In this document: positions 38,374 to 48,429 of the stretch, piece after piece
Layout: every line of letters starts with the position of its first letter
Position numbering within the stretch: position 1 is the stretch's first letter
NCBI GenBank assembly: GCA_045106435.1
Contig: JBGCEN010000084.1
Location: 9,231 to 73,230 of the forward strand
Source of the DNA: Rhodothermales bacterium
GTDB lineage: Bacteria; Bacteroidota; Rhodothermia; Rhodothermales; JAHQVL01
DNA length: 64,000 nt
Reading direction: 5' to 3'
The notes under the pieces: model-generated
What the model was told of the DNA's origin: nothing
The model's input: only the letters and a program-made list of their open reading frames with translations
Databases searched by the model: none
Position numbers and translations under genes: made by a program

Positions 38374-40098
38374 CTAGTTGTTGAGCCGGTCTCTTATGAG
38401 CAGGAAGGTATTGACAACGCTTACGAGCGCGGTAATTCCTGTGATGATGGTCTGGGTTCTGGCGATACGTGTTTGGCGTTTGGAGACTTCATCAGTGATA
38501 AGCAACGCCTGAAGGTCCGGCGTACTTGCTATGGATTCACGATTGATGAAGATGGTATCACCAGGACGTAAAATGGCTCCTTTATCAGCATAAACTTTTC
38601 CAGAGCCGGCTTCAAAAACGTATCTGCCGGTTGTCATGGGTGCTTCACCTCCCGCCAGTTCAATGTAATAAGCTGCTGTTTTCCCAGGGACATAAGGAAT
38701 ATATCCCGGTTTTAAAGCATTGCCAACCACATGAATGGTTTGCTCGTCTCTGGGGAAAACGATCACATCGCCGCTGTACAAGAGCAGCTCTTCTGCATCT
38801 GGCTCAAGCGCAGATTCTATATTGATAGAAATATTATTCTTGCTTAAAGATCGCTGGAAGTAGGTGCGCTCAAAGAAGTCCAGATCACTTGTTTCGCTAT
38901 TTGGCTTTCTGGCTTGAGATTGCCGGCGTTCAATATACGCAGATCGAACACTTGCTTCGGGTTTGAGTCCGCCGGCCAACGTTACGAGCTCCTTTAAAGT
39001 GGTTTTTGCATTCTCAATAGGGAATGTGCCGGGATACTTTACAAAGCCGTAAACGGAGGCTTGTGAATACTCCTCCATTTTCACATTTATATGATCCCCC
39101 GCGAGCAGTGTTAGAGGTGGTCGCGTCCCATCGAGTAATTCTGGTACACTGAGGTCTATCGTTACCGGGGTTTCTCCGTTGTTTCTGCGCGTCAGTCGAA
39201 CAGTCGTCAAGCCTTCAATATCTTGCTCACTGGCTGTTAATCGGAGTGCATCCAGAACGGTGTCACCAGCTTTGTATTCAATTCTGCCAGGAGATGACAC
39301 GTCGCCCGTTACAAGGATAGCGCTGTGGGCCTCATTATATGACGTCAGGCGGATTACGTCGCCGTCGCTCAAATACGGGTTTTGCGTCAGGTCACCGTTT
39401 AAATAATAGGCGAATAGATCAAAGACTTCTGTACTGCCGTCACGATGGGTTAATAGTACATTCCGGAGAGAGGGGTTAAAGCCATTCTGTGTTTGAGGTA
39501 CCTCAGAGGTAGCGGATCCGACGATTCTGACTTCTCCACCGGCAGTTGGATCAGGCCGGGCTGTAGCTTGTGAGGCAAACGCTTGCTGGACGGCGTCATC
39601 GAGCCGTGCAAGGGGCAGCATAAGGTATCGGCCGGGTTCTGGTATGCTGCCGGCAAGGTGTACGTAAAATCTGCGAGGCTGCAATAGGTTGATGTCGATT
39701 GCAGCGTATTCGTATTGATTTTGTAGCGCTGCAATTACATCTACTCGTAATTCAGACAATGTTTTGCCGGCAGCTGAAACGTTTCCTACATCCCACAAAA
39801 GTAAATTTCCTTCAGCAGATATAGGCAACACAACCTGTATAGGGGTAGGGCCACCTATCGAAAGACTGAACTGATCGCCGGGGCCTACGATATACGTATC
39901 AGGATCAAGAGCGCCTTCGAGCACTAATAATCCATTGATTGTATTGGTAGCAATCGCAAATTGCTGCTGCAATTGCTGATACGTATTCGTACGATTGGGA
40001 TCGTTGATGCGGCTTCCCGTGCGATTCTGAGCTATAGAAGCAAGGGGTGTCAGCAGCGCGACTAATAGAAGAATAAAAACTATCTGCTTTTTGTGCAT
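38374..40098 (-). CDS. Polysaccharide export protein (Wza-like, Poly_export + SLBB domains)
   Basis: Signal peptide, a YIVGPGDQFSLSI motif, and repeated SLBB-like segments (GDVIRLTS..., GDHINV..., GDVIVFP..., GDTIFI...). Confidence 0.8.
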   Translation of the reverse strand: MHKKQIVFILLLVALLTPLASIAQNRTGSRINDPNRTNTYQQLQQQFAIATNTINGLLVLEGALDPDTYIVGPGDQFSLSIGGPTPIQVVLPISAEGNLLLWDVGNVSAAGKTLSELRVDVIAALQNQYEYAAIDINLLQPRRFYVHLAGSIPEPGRYLMLPLARLDDAVQQAFASQATARPDPTAGGEVRIVGSATSEVPQTQNGFNPSLRNVLLTHRDGSTEVFDLFAYYLNGDLTQNPYLSDGDVIRLTSYNEAHSAILVTGDVSSPGRIEYKAGDTVLDALRLTASEQDIEGLTTVRLTRRNNGETPVTIDLSVPELLDGTRPPLTLLAGDHINVKMEEYSQASVYGFVKYPGTFPIENAKTTLKELVTLAGGLKPEASVRSAYIERRQSQARKPNSETSDLDFFERTYFQRSLSKNNISINIESALEPDAEELLLYSGDVIVFPRDEQTIHVVGNALKPGYIPYVPGKTAAYYIELAGGEAPMTTGRYVFEAGSGKVYADKGAILRPGDTIFINRESIASTPDLQALLITDEVSKRQTRIARTQTIITGITALVSVVNTFLLIRDRLNN

Positions 40099-40360
40099 AT
40101 ACAGTGCAAAGAAGCGAATCTTGCATTTCCAGTTAAATAAAAAGAGTAGATTTGTAGCAGAAAGGAATAAGCGCTTCAGTAGGAGTGGGTTATTTGCAGT
40201 AGGGGATGGTAGAGCGGTAAATTACGATATATGTTATGTCATAGCAATTCGCACGCTGCATTGCTGGATAATCACGGGGTAGTTGTGCATGTTTGTTGCA
40301 CCCGTGTATACTTGTACTTACCCTGGCAATGAGCGAATTCTAAACGCGTGAGGTAAATAA

Positions 40361-41209
40361 TTGATTCTTGAGAGAAATGCGCCGGCGAAGGTGAACTTGG
40401 GGCTCCATGTGTTGCGTAAGCGTGATGATGGATATCATGATATAGAAACAGTTTTTTTACCAGTACAATGGTGCGACCAGGTGCGGGTGCAGCCGGCGGA
40501 GCATATGCAATTTACTTGCTCAGATCCAGGTTTGCCTGTCGATGCATCTAATTTATGCGTGCGCGCTGCAAATATTTTACGGAAGCATTACGGCCTTGAT
40601 AAGGCAGCAGCAATACATCTTGAAAAACACCTGCCGTACGGTGCCGGCCTTGGAGGTGGGTCTAGTGATGCTGCACAAACATTGTGCTTGCTCAATGAAT
40701 TGTGGCAATTGGATCTGAATTATACAACATTACACGCTTTTGCAGCCGAGCTCGGGTCTGATGTGCCCTTTTTCTTACACGAAGATGCCGTGTATGCAAC
40801 AGGCCGGGGTGAATTGCTGGAGCCGCTTCTTGAGCCAGGACCAGGTGCGAAGTATGAATTCCCGTATGTCATTGTTTTGGTAGTGCCTCCGGTGCATGTG
40901 TCAACCGCACTCGCTTATCAGAACATCCAACCCAACGATGAAGAAAGAGCCGATCTTAAAACTGTTGTTTTTTCAAACAACCTGTCCAGATGGCGTACAG
41001 AATTGGTGAATGATTTTGAGACCTCTGTTTTCACGGCGTACCCCGAGTTGAACGAATTAAAACAAGCGTTGATAAACGCCGGCGCCGGCTATGCGGCTAT
41101 GTCAGGGTCTGGGAGTTCACTGTTTGGTGTTTTTGAGGATGCCAACAAGGCGAAGCAAGCCACTCAGCTTTTTACTGTACAGGGAATGACCACCTGGGTG
41201 TCTGGTTAA
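40361..41209 (+). CDS. ispE: 4-(cytidine 5'-diphospho)-2-C-methyl-D-erythritol kinase
   Basis: APAKVNLGLHVLRKRDDGYHDIETVF and the GHMP-kinase motif PYGAGLGGGSSDAA. TTG start as in the track. Confidence 0.9.
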   Translation: MILERNAPAKVNLGLHVLRKRDDGYHDIETVFLPVQWCDQVRVQPAEHMQFTCSDPGLPVDASNLCVRAANILRKHYGLDKAAAIHLEKHLPYGAGLGGGSSDAAQTLCLLNELWQLDLNYTTLHAFAAELGSDVPFFLHEDAVYATGRGELLEPLLEPGPGAKYEFPYVIVLVVPPVHVSTALAYQNIQPNDEERADLKTVVFSNNLSRWRTELVNDFETSVFTAYPELNELKQALINAGAGYAAMSGSGSSLFGVFEDANKAKQATQLFTVQGMTTWVSG

Positions 41210-41800
41210 AGCAATACCCATGTTGCCTCGGAGGAGTTTTTAAATACAACTGCCTATAGCTAAACATGAAGCGAGACTTTTTTCTGTTGATATGTCGTTT
41301 AATTGACGTAGGCCACGTTTAGTTGATTGTGGTGTCTGTGTATTTTAGTGTCTCTGTATTCTAACGTCTCTGTGTTTTTCGGTACACAGTCTGATATCAA
41401 ACCCTGGTCGCACAATATCTTTGTCCTCCGGTTCGTTAAAATTGTATTGCAGGTGGATGTTTAAAACGCTCTTTTTTTGAAGAGCCGGCGGGGTGATTAT
41501 AACTGCCCCAACTCCTTCTGGATGTTATCAAATGATAAAGGGAATGAATCCCGCGTAAGGTTTGTCAGAGATATGTGTTAAACGAAAGGATACATATAAT
41601 AAGGCCATGAATCGCAGTTATCTGGAATTGCTCATTTCGTGGTATGGTACTTGTAAAAGAAAATGGGTCGCGGAGCTTCCGTAGCTATTTTTTTGAAGAC
41701 TGATGTGATTGAAGATATTTTCTAAAGTTTATTGCAAGTCTTGTTAGAACACAGCTTAGTACACAGCAAATTCGCTCTTAGCTAATAGCCTCCCATCGCG

Positions 41801-42772
41801 ATGTTTGTCCGTACCCAAGGAAAATCAGGAATGATAAGAAGGCTTTTTACAGCGCTTGTATTAGTGATATCTATATCTACCTTTTCTGCTTCTACAGGCA
41901 GTGCTCAGGATGCAGTAGTAAAAGTTCAGCAGTTGCGAGGACGGGTTGATAGTCTTGCTGCATTCAAAGCAACTTTGCAGCAACAAATAGATGCTGTAAA
42001 TACTGAACTTGCATCGGCAGAAGCGCTCCTGCAGTTACATCAATTGGAGGAAGTTGACACCGAAAGCGTGGTGTTGCTTACCAATATGGATGCCAGCCTG
42101 AGGTCCAGACCTTCTCCGGATGGTCGCGTTATTCGACTTCTGCCTCAGAAAACACCGCTGATAGCGACTGATTTTAATGGGGCTTACTGGAAAGTGCGTT
42201 ATGAGGGGCTCGAGGGATGGGTCATGCGTTTGTTTCTGGATGAAGGAGAAGGAGCAGCAAGTCTGAAACAGAAACTCGCAGCTGAACGAGTCAGCAAAGG
42301 AGATCAGTCACAAATGGGCCGTGATCAGTTGGCTGAGGATCGTTTGGGGAAGCGATTTCTGGTAACTGAATTTGGTATTCATCCACCTAATTCAGCCGGC
42401 GGCGTTTCTATTTATTATGCTTTTGAACACCTTGATTCAACGCGCACTGTTCGGGAAGTCACTTTTTCAATCACACCCTACAATAATGAAGGATTGAAAG
42501 AGAAAGGCATGAACTCCGGTGCTTCCACCAAGCGATTGCGTCGGTTTGGACCAATCTCGGTGCATGACGGCGAAAAGCAGTACCAGTTTGAAAACGTTTG
42601 GTACAACGCTGCCATTCAATGCGCCGAAATCGACCGGGTAGACATCGTCTATACGGACGGATCCAGAGCCTCTCATAGACAAGAGGTTGGTTCAATCATG
42701 TCAGCAGGAATAGAAAACGATTGTACGTTAACCGCTGCTGACCAGATCATTATGTCGCCAGACAACGAATAG
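41801..42772 (+). CDS. Secreted protein with coiled-coil and bacterial SH3 domain
   Basis: Signal peptide, then an SH3b-like segment ASLRSRPSPDGRVIRLLPQKTPLIATDFNGAYWKVRYEGLEGWVMRLFL. The C-terminal domain is unassigned. Confidence 0.6.
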   Translation: MFVRTQGKSGMIRRLFTALVLVISISTFSASTGSAQDAVVKVQQLRGRVDSLAAFKATLQQQIDAVNTELASAEALLQLHQLEEVDTESVVLLTNMDASLRSRPSPDGRVIRLLPQKTPLIATDFNGAYWKVRYEGLEGWVMRLFLDEGEGAASLKQKLAAERVSKGDQSQMGRDQLAEDRLGKRFLVTEFGIHPPNSAGGVSIYYAFEHLDSTRTVREVTFSITPYNNEGLKEKGMNSGASTKRLRRFGPISVHDGEKQYQFENVWYNAAIQCAEIDRVDIVYTDGSRASHRQEVGSIMSAGIENDCTLTAADQIIMSPDNE

Positions 42773-42846
42773 GACCAACAAGCAGCCGGGTCTAAACAGG
42801 CAACCAGTACGTGTCACGTAGTGAGCCGTGAAGCTTGTTGCGCCGG

Positions 42847-43362
42847 CTAGGTGTCGTCGGGATCTCCTTTGAAAGGCTCGAGGTCTATTTCCAGATAAGT
42901 TAGCAGGAGATCCAGCGCCCAGGTTTGGTTTTCATTACCAGACCATTCATATCCTTTAATGACTTCGTCAGCAACCGCTTCCCAGTCTACCGTCCAGTCT
43001 TTAAATACATGGAAGGAAAATTGGTTGTCGTCCGTTTCAAAGTAGACGGCGCCTTCATCCGGATCATAGATAGAATCCGCCCCATCATCCTCTCTAGCCA
43101 TTTCGGCAGCTAGTACGATGAGAGGCACCTTGAAGTCGTACACCATTTTGTGGACGCGTTTGGCTTCGCTATTGAGGTAGTTAGCCAATACGATGCATCC
43201 ATCGCTGCTCGATATCGCTAAAGTAGCTGCTTCTCTTGTTGATTCATCAGCACCAATCAGATCTAGTGCAGCTTCTACCAATGGCCATACTGCGATAGGT
43301 TCACTTTCTGTTAGGACACCTTCCTTCCTTGGAGGAATGGCTGTAATGCTATCGAGATTCAT
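42847..43362 (-). CDS. Hypothetical highly acidic cytoplasmic protein
   Basis: 171-aa ORF rich in Asp/Glu. No family recognised. Confidence 0.5.
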   Translation of the reverse strand: MNLDSITAIPPRKEGVLTESEPIAVWPLVEAALDLIGADESTREAATLAISSSDGCIVLANYLNSEAKRVHKMVYDFKVPLIVLAAEMAREDDGADSIYDPDEGAVYFETDDNQFSFHVFKDWTVDWEAVADEVIKGYEWSGNENQTWALDLLLTYLEIDLEPFKGDPDDT

Positions 43363-43506
43363 TTTACTGTTTAGATGTTGTCAAGCGTCTTGTGTCGAGG
43401 AAATCTTATTCAATAGATAAATGTCGGTAGTCTTGACATTTTCTTTATCGTTACAAATATACTTAAAAGGAGAAGTCACGGGTAGTTCAATCGAAAAAGT
43501 TGCATT

Positions 43507-44778
43507 TCAGGAATGGCCCTGGCGTTGAAGTTCATAAGCAGATTCCAGCTCAAGAGCCTTTTCTATCAATTCTGTTTTCAGAAAAGTGAGATTCTCGTGT
43601 TGTGATATATACCTGTCCATAGCCTCTTCGAGTGTAGATTCTCTGGTGACTACGGTTCTCCTTTGACGTTCTTCTGGTGTAACAATTCTTTCTATAGAAG
43701 CTATATTACTTGCCTCCTTGAGTGCTTCTCGAATCTGCTGGCCATCAATGCTTGACGCTGCGGCCTCTTCTATTTGATATCTGATGCGAACAACGGCATC
43801 CTTGATATCATTTTGGCTTATCGTTTCGAGAATCAATGCCATCGGGTCTTCAACTGTACGGGCATCAACTTGAATGGCTACAAAAGGTCTGGAAGGCGTT
43901 TCAATAAATCGGAAGGTCGTTTTTTTATCGCGGCCATTGTTAACGCCGGCGCCATCAATTTCTGCACCTTCAATTTCTACAATGACAAATCCTTTCGGGT
44001 ACTCCCACTCTTTAAAAGAGATACATTCAATACTGCCTGAATAAACAACAGGCGGTTTATTGCCTTCGTTGCGATCCTGGAATTTGTGAATATGGCCCAG
44101 GGCAATATAGTCAATAGGATCCATGGCCAACTGTCCCACTGAGAACTTGGGCTCATGTGCAATGAGGCTGGTCAGTTCTGAGCCGGATAACTCTGCACCA
44201 TGAACAGACAAATGTGCTGCCATGATGGTTGGTAATGCAGGATTTAGTTCTTTTGTGGTCAATCGAACAAATTCAATATACTTTTCCTCGATGAACTCCC
44301 TGATTTCTGTAGGCGATTTTGTGCGATGCTCTTCTTTGGTGAGCAGCATGCTTCGGATCGGCCATGGCAGCGCCACAAATTGGAGTGGACCACTCTTCGT
44401 CTCGATGATCTTGTAATCAGGCCGGTGAAACAGGTGGACATCTCCACTCAGATAGGGATAGATGTCGAGTGCTGAGGCCTTGCCGTAAGAAATGGGGTGA
44501 TCATGGTTTCCCACGATCATAATAATCGGTATGCCTTTCTCAGCAATAGGCTTCAGGCACTCTGCAAAAGCTTTTTGCTGGGTTGGTGTTGGATCAGCTG
44601 TTCTGTAGGCATCGCCGGCGAACAGGAAAGCATCTATGTCTTCATCCAACGCACGCTGCACAAGAAAATCGAACGACCTTTTGAAATCCAAAAGTCGCGA
44701 GTTGAGCCCAGTGCTTGCGTCGATACGCCCGTAGGCATTACTGCCGAAATGGATATCGGCCGTATGCAGAATTTTCAC
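43507..44778 (-). CDS. sbcD: Exonuclease SbcD / Mre11-family metallophosphoesterase
   Basis: MKILHTADIHFG..., FLFAGDAY..., MIVGNHDHP and ALGHIH motifs of the calcineurin-like nuclease family. Length and C-terminal helical region fit SbcD. Confidence 0.85.
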   Translation of the reverse strand: MKILHTADIHFGSNAYGRIDASTGLNSRLLDFKRSFDFLVQRALDEDIDAFLFAGDAYRTADPTPTQQKAFAECLKPIAEKGIPIIMIVGNHDHPISYGKASALDIYPYLSGDVHLFHRPDYKIIETKSGPLQFVALPWPIRSMLLTKEEHRTKSPTEIREFIEEKYIEFVRLTTKELNPALPTIMAAHLSVHGAELSGSELTSLIAHEPKFSVGQLAMDPIDYIALGHIHKFQDRNEGNKPPVVYSGSIECISFKEWEYPKGFVIVEIEGAEIDGAGVNNGRDKKTTFRFIETPSRPFVAIQVDARTVEDPMALILETISQNDIKDAVVRIRYQIEEAAASSIDGQQIREALKEASNIASIERIVTPEERQRRTVVTRESTLEEAMDRYISQHENLTFLKTELIEKALELESAYELQRQGHS

Positions 44779-44912
44779 GTTGCCTTGTTAAACAGAATAG
44801 GTGTATATGAGAGGGGTATCAATTATGTGACTCAGGTTGCGTGCTACTCCTTAGTGACTATAACTTGGTCATCAGTAGTCAGTTATCGGTTGTCAGGTTC
44901 TACTTCTTTATT

Positions 44913-45115
44913 GCTGAAAACTAATATCTGAGAACTGAGAAACTGTTGAGATTTAATCTTCACATTGAGCGAGCGATCTTTTGGTGCTTTTGAATCCGCT
45001 TTTTTCGCACGTAACGCTGCTATGCGCTCAAAAAGTCGTATCCAAAATCACTCAAAATCTCATCTCTCTCAATTGTGAACCTCAAATCTCAACAGTTTCT
45101 GAAAACTCAATAAAT
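44913..45115. repeat. Long imperfect palindrome (about 200 bp) between the PBP1A and sbcD genes
   Basis: agaaactgttgagattt (44933-44949) is the exact reverse complement of aaatctcaacagtttct (45083-45099). The flanking arms cacattgagcgag / ctctctcaattgtg extend the pairing. Confidence 0.75.
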
Positions 45116-45174
45116 GGTCTTCATCGTAGATCGCATAACAAGTGTTATACAAGGATAGTGCTTCTTGGAATGTA

Positions 45175-47529
45175 TTACCAACTAACCTTTCCTTTTTCTT
45201 GATTCCCTTCAATGTCTATTTTTGGTGCTCCATAATCAATCGGTAATGGGAAAGACACTTTGTTTAACCGATCTTCGTCTGCAATCTTTCGTGTAAAGTC
45301 TCCTACCAGGTGGAGGGCACTGTGCGCGCCTTGTCCCCACCAATCTGTGCGGAAGGTGACGCGCTGGTCATTGAAGCCCACCCATGCGCCAGTTACCAGT
45401 TCGGGATGCATGAGCATGAACCAGCAGTCGGCGCTATTCTGTGTAGTCCCCGTTTTGCCAGCCAGATCATATTCGTACAGGCTGTACTGGGTGCGAACCC
45501 TCGTGCCGGTTCCGCCGGCCTGAATGACATCGCGCAGCATATCAATTGCGGTAAGCGCAGTCTGTTCATTCAGCGCTTCTTCCGGGCTTGGCCTTGCTTC
45601 GTAAAGCACATTGCCCAATCGGTCTTCAATACGCGTAATCACAGTGGGCTCGTGTTTGAGTCCAGCGTTGGCGAGCGTACTATACGCCGTGGTCAATTCC
45701 TGCAGTGTAACATTGCTTGTACCGAGCGCGAGCGCGGGTACCTCGTTGAGCGGGCTTTTAATACCCATGCGTCGGGCGTAAAAAGCCAGTGTTGGCGCAC
45801 CAATCTGTAGGACAAGTCTGGCCGTTATTGTGTTTTTGGATCGCTTAAGGCCTTCTCGGAGCGTCAGCATCAACCCAGACTGATCACCGCCTGAGTTACC
45901 TGGTTGCCACGTATTGCCAAGATCATCCTCCCAGTAGATGGTGCTATCCATTAGTTGATAATCTGGCGAATAGCCATTGTCGATGGCAGCGATATAGGCA
46001 AAGGGTTTGAAGGTAGAGCCCGGCTGCCGGCGTGCTTTAGATACGTGGTCGTACCAGTCGTCGGCCAGATTTCTGCCGCCAACCCATGCCTTGACATATC
46101 CTGTGCGCGGGTCAATAGAAACCATGCCGGCTTCAAGGCGCGTTTTGTCTGCCTTGAATTGTTGCATGAATTCTTCATCATTTAGCAGCGAATCCCGCGC
46201 TGCCTCTCCACCAATTTCATTCTTGAGCACGCGAAAAGCTTCGGTCTCCATCACGTAAAACCCAAGCGTGTCTCCTTTTAAATTCCAGAATTGTTTGAAG
46301 GGTTCAAATTCCGGCAATTCCTCGTAATCAACCATGTTGGTCGATTTAGGGTATCCACCAAAAGACTTTCTGCTCCACTCGAAGTCAACAATGTTTTGCA
46401 GGCTTTTCATTTGCCGGTCTACTACTTCCGAGGCGATTTCCTGTAACTGCGTATCGATGGTGGTGTGGACGATGAGGCCCTGGGAGTAAATGTTGTGCCC
46501 TGTTTCCTTTCCCCATTCGCCCAGCCATTGTCTTACGTGCTCTGCAAAGTATGGCGCAAAGCCGGCGGTAATTTCACTGGAGCTGTATTTAGTTTCGATG
46601 GGAATATCTCTGTGCTCATCGAGATAGGCCTGGTTCAGGTAGTTATTTCTTACCATCTGCGCAAGCACTGTATTACGTCGTTGCCGGGACGTATTGGGAT
46701 TGCGGATTGGGTTGTACATTGTAATGCCTTTCAGCATACCAATCAACGTAGCGCTTTGGAGCGTGTCGAGTTCGCTTGAGCTTACACTAAAAAAGGTGCG
46801 TGCTGCGGCTTCTATACCAAAGGCGTTGTTGCCAAATTCAACGGTATTGAGGTACATCTCGATGATTTCACGCTTGGTGTATCTCCGCTCGAGCTGTACG
46901 GCGGTCAGCATTTCTTTCAGCTTACGCGAAACGGTCTGTTGCTTTCCAATCTCTTTGTTGTACAGGTTTCGGGCCAACTGCATCGTAATGGTTGAGCCCC
47001 CCTGGACGTCTCCCATGACGGTTTTTGCAGCCGAAACAAAAAATCGGAAAAGGTCGATACCCCAGTGATTATGGAAGCGATGATCTTCCGTTGCAACCAG
47101 TGCATTGATCACATTGGGTGAAATCGCGTCATATGCGACAGAGGAACGGTTCTCGTAGGCGTATCGGGCCAGCTCTTTACCGTCTGCGGTGTAGGCAATG
47201 GTTGCAAGCTGGAGATCTGGATTCTCGAGTTGCTGTAAAGAGGGTAAATCGTCTTCTCCCAGTGAAAGGAGGAATACACCGATACTCAGCAGGCCAATGA
47301 GGCCAATAAAAGTAATGATGGAAAGCGCAAAAGCAGCATCTGCTTTCTTGGAATCGCCAAAGAGGCGTTCAAAGAACCCGCGAATTCCCCGGCGTGGCGG
47401 GGGCGGCGCGTCTCCATTAGGATCGCGATAATAATCACTGGAATGCTCGACGGCAGGTTGCCGGCGGCTAGAAGGGTCGTTAAAGTAGCGTTTAAGCTCC
47501 TCGTCCGAATAGGACCATTCTTCCGACAT
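45175..47529 (-). CDS. mrcA: Class A penicillin-binding protein (PBP1A; glycosyltransferase + transpeptidase)
   Basis: GT51 motifs (TEDHRFHNHWGID, GGSTITMQL) and transpeptidase motifs (STFKP, KTGTT). N-terminal TM anchor. Confidence 0.9.
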   Translation of the reverse strand: MSEEWSYSDEELKRYFNDPSSRRQPAVEHSSDYYRDPNGDAPPPPRRGIRGFFERLFGDSKKADAAFALSIITFIGLIGLLSIGVFLLSLGEDDLPSLQQLENPDLQLATIAYTADGKELARYAYENRSSVAYDAISPNVINALVATEDHRFHNHWGIDLFRFFVSAAKTVMGDVQGGSTITMQLARNLYNKEIGKQQTVSRKLKEMLTAVQLERRYTKREIIEMYLNTVEFGNNAFGIEAAARTFFSVSSSELDTLQSATLIGMLKGITMYNPIRNPNTSRQRRNTVLAQMVRNNYLNQAYLDEHRDIPIETKYSSSEITAGFAPYFAEHVRQWLGEWGKETGHNIYSQGLIVHTTIDTQLQEIASEVVDRQMKSLQNIVDFEWSRKSFGGYPKSTNMVDYEELPEFEPFKQFWNLKGDTLGFYVMETEAFRVLKNEIGGEAARDSLLNDEEFMQQFKADKTRLEAGMVSIDPRTGYVKAWVGGRNLADDWYDHVSKARRQPGSTFKPFAYIAAIDNGYSPDYQLMDSTIYWEDDLGNTWQPGNSGGDQSGLMLTLREGLKRSKNTITARLVLQIGAPTLAFYARRMGIKSPLNEVPALALGTSNVTLQELTTAYSTLANAGLKHEPTVITRIEDRLGNVLYEARPSPEEALNEQTALTAIDMLRDVIQAGGTGTRVRTQYSLYEYDLAGKTGTTQNSADCWFMLMHPELVTGAWVGFNDQRVTFRTDWWGQGAHSALHLVGDFTRKIADEDRLNKVSFPLPIDYGAPKIDIEGNQEKGKVSW

Positions 47530-47640
47530 AGCGTTTGCCTCACCAGGCTAAGCTTGAGGATGTTAGAAAATGCAAAAAATGCTGCGTTTTAAGTAAGGCA
47601 GCTTTAAGCAAGACCATTCGATTATGGAGAAGTTTCGGTT

Positions 47641-48414
47641 TTAAGTACGAGATTCTCCAGTAAAAGACAGTTTGTTTAATAGTACGGAATTCTTAGTTCT
47701 ATCATTCCATTCGCACAGCGCCAGTGCATCGTCTTTCATGTATGCAAAAGTACGATGAAGTCTCCAGTACCCTGTGTTTATGTAAAAACCTTTGCCATGC
47801 TGAGATAATTCAGCATGATGGCTGTGGCCCATTACAACAAGGTCATATTGCTGTGCAAGCAATGAAGCTGCATGTTTTCGCAGCTGCACTACAACCTCTT
47901 CATCAATAACGTCTGAATGAATTCGCCTGTTAACCCATCGCGCCAGCTTGTAGCCGGCATCTCCTGGAAGCAACGAACGATACAAAAACACAGGAAGCGG
48001 ATGCTTTAACATGCGCTTCAAAAGGGTGTTGAGTGGAAATCTAGAAGCTATGATATCTCCATGGTTCAAGTAAACGTGTTTTCCATTAAGAGGTTCAGAA
48101 AAGGAATCGAAGATGACGTTAACTCCCAGTTCTTTTTTATAGTAATCGATATGCCATGGATCATGATTGCCCGTCAGGTACGTCACAGGCCGGCCTTTAT
48201 CTGTCCATTCTGCCAGAAATCCCTGGAAACGCGCGATGCCTTTGGGAATAAGGTTCGGGTATTCTATGTATTGGTCATAAACATCACCCAAGAGAAAGAG
48301 GTGCTCAATTTGGTCTTCATAATGACGCAAGCAAGATAATAACGCAGACTCATGGGTTCTCTCTGTAGCGAGGTCTCCACGGCCAAAGTGCATATCAGAT
48401 ACAAAGAAGATCAC
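47641..48414 (-). CDS. lpxH: UDP-2,3-diacylglucosamine diphosphatase-like metallophosphoesterase (LpxH-like)
   Basis: MIFFVSDMHFG..., LLGDVYDQ..., LTGNHDPW and VMGHSH motifs. Size and pattern fit LpxH-type enzymes. Confidence 0.65.
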   Translation of the reverse strand: MIFFVSDMHFGRGDLATERTHESALLSCLRHYEDQIEHLFLLGDVYDQYIEYPNLIPKGIARFQGFLAEWTDKGRPVTYLTGNHDPWHIDYYKKELGVNVIFDSFSEPLNGKHVYLNHGDIIASRFPLNTLLKRMLKHPLPVFLYRSLLPGDAGYKLARWVNRRIHSDVIDEEVVVQLRKHAASLLAQQYDLVVMGHSHHAELSQHGKGFYINTGYWRLHRTFAYMKDDALALCEWNDRTKNSVLLNKLSFTGESRT

Positions 48415-48429
48415 AAGCGTTCATTCTTA

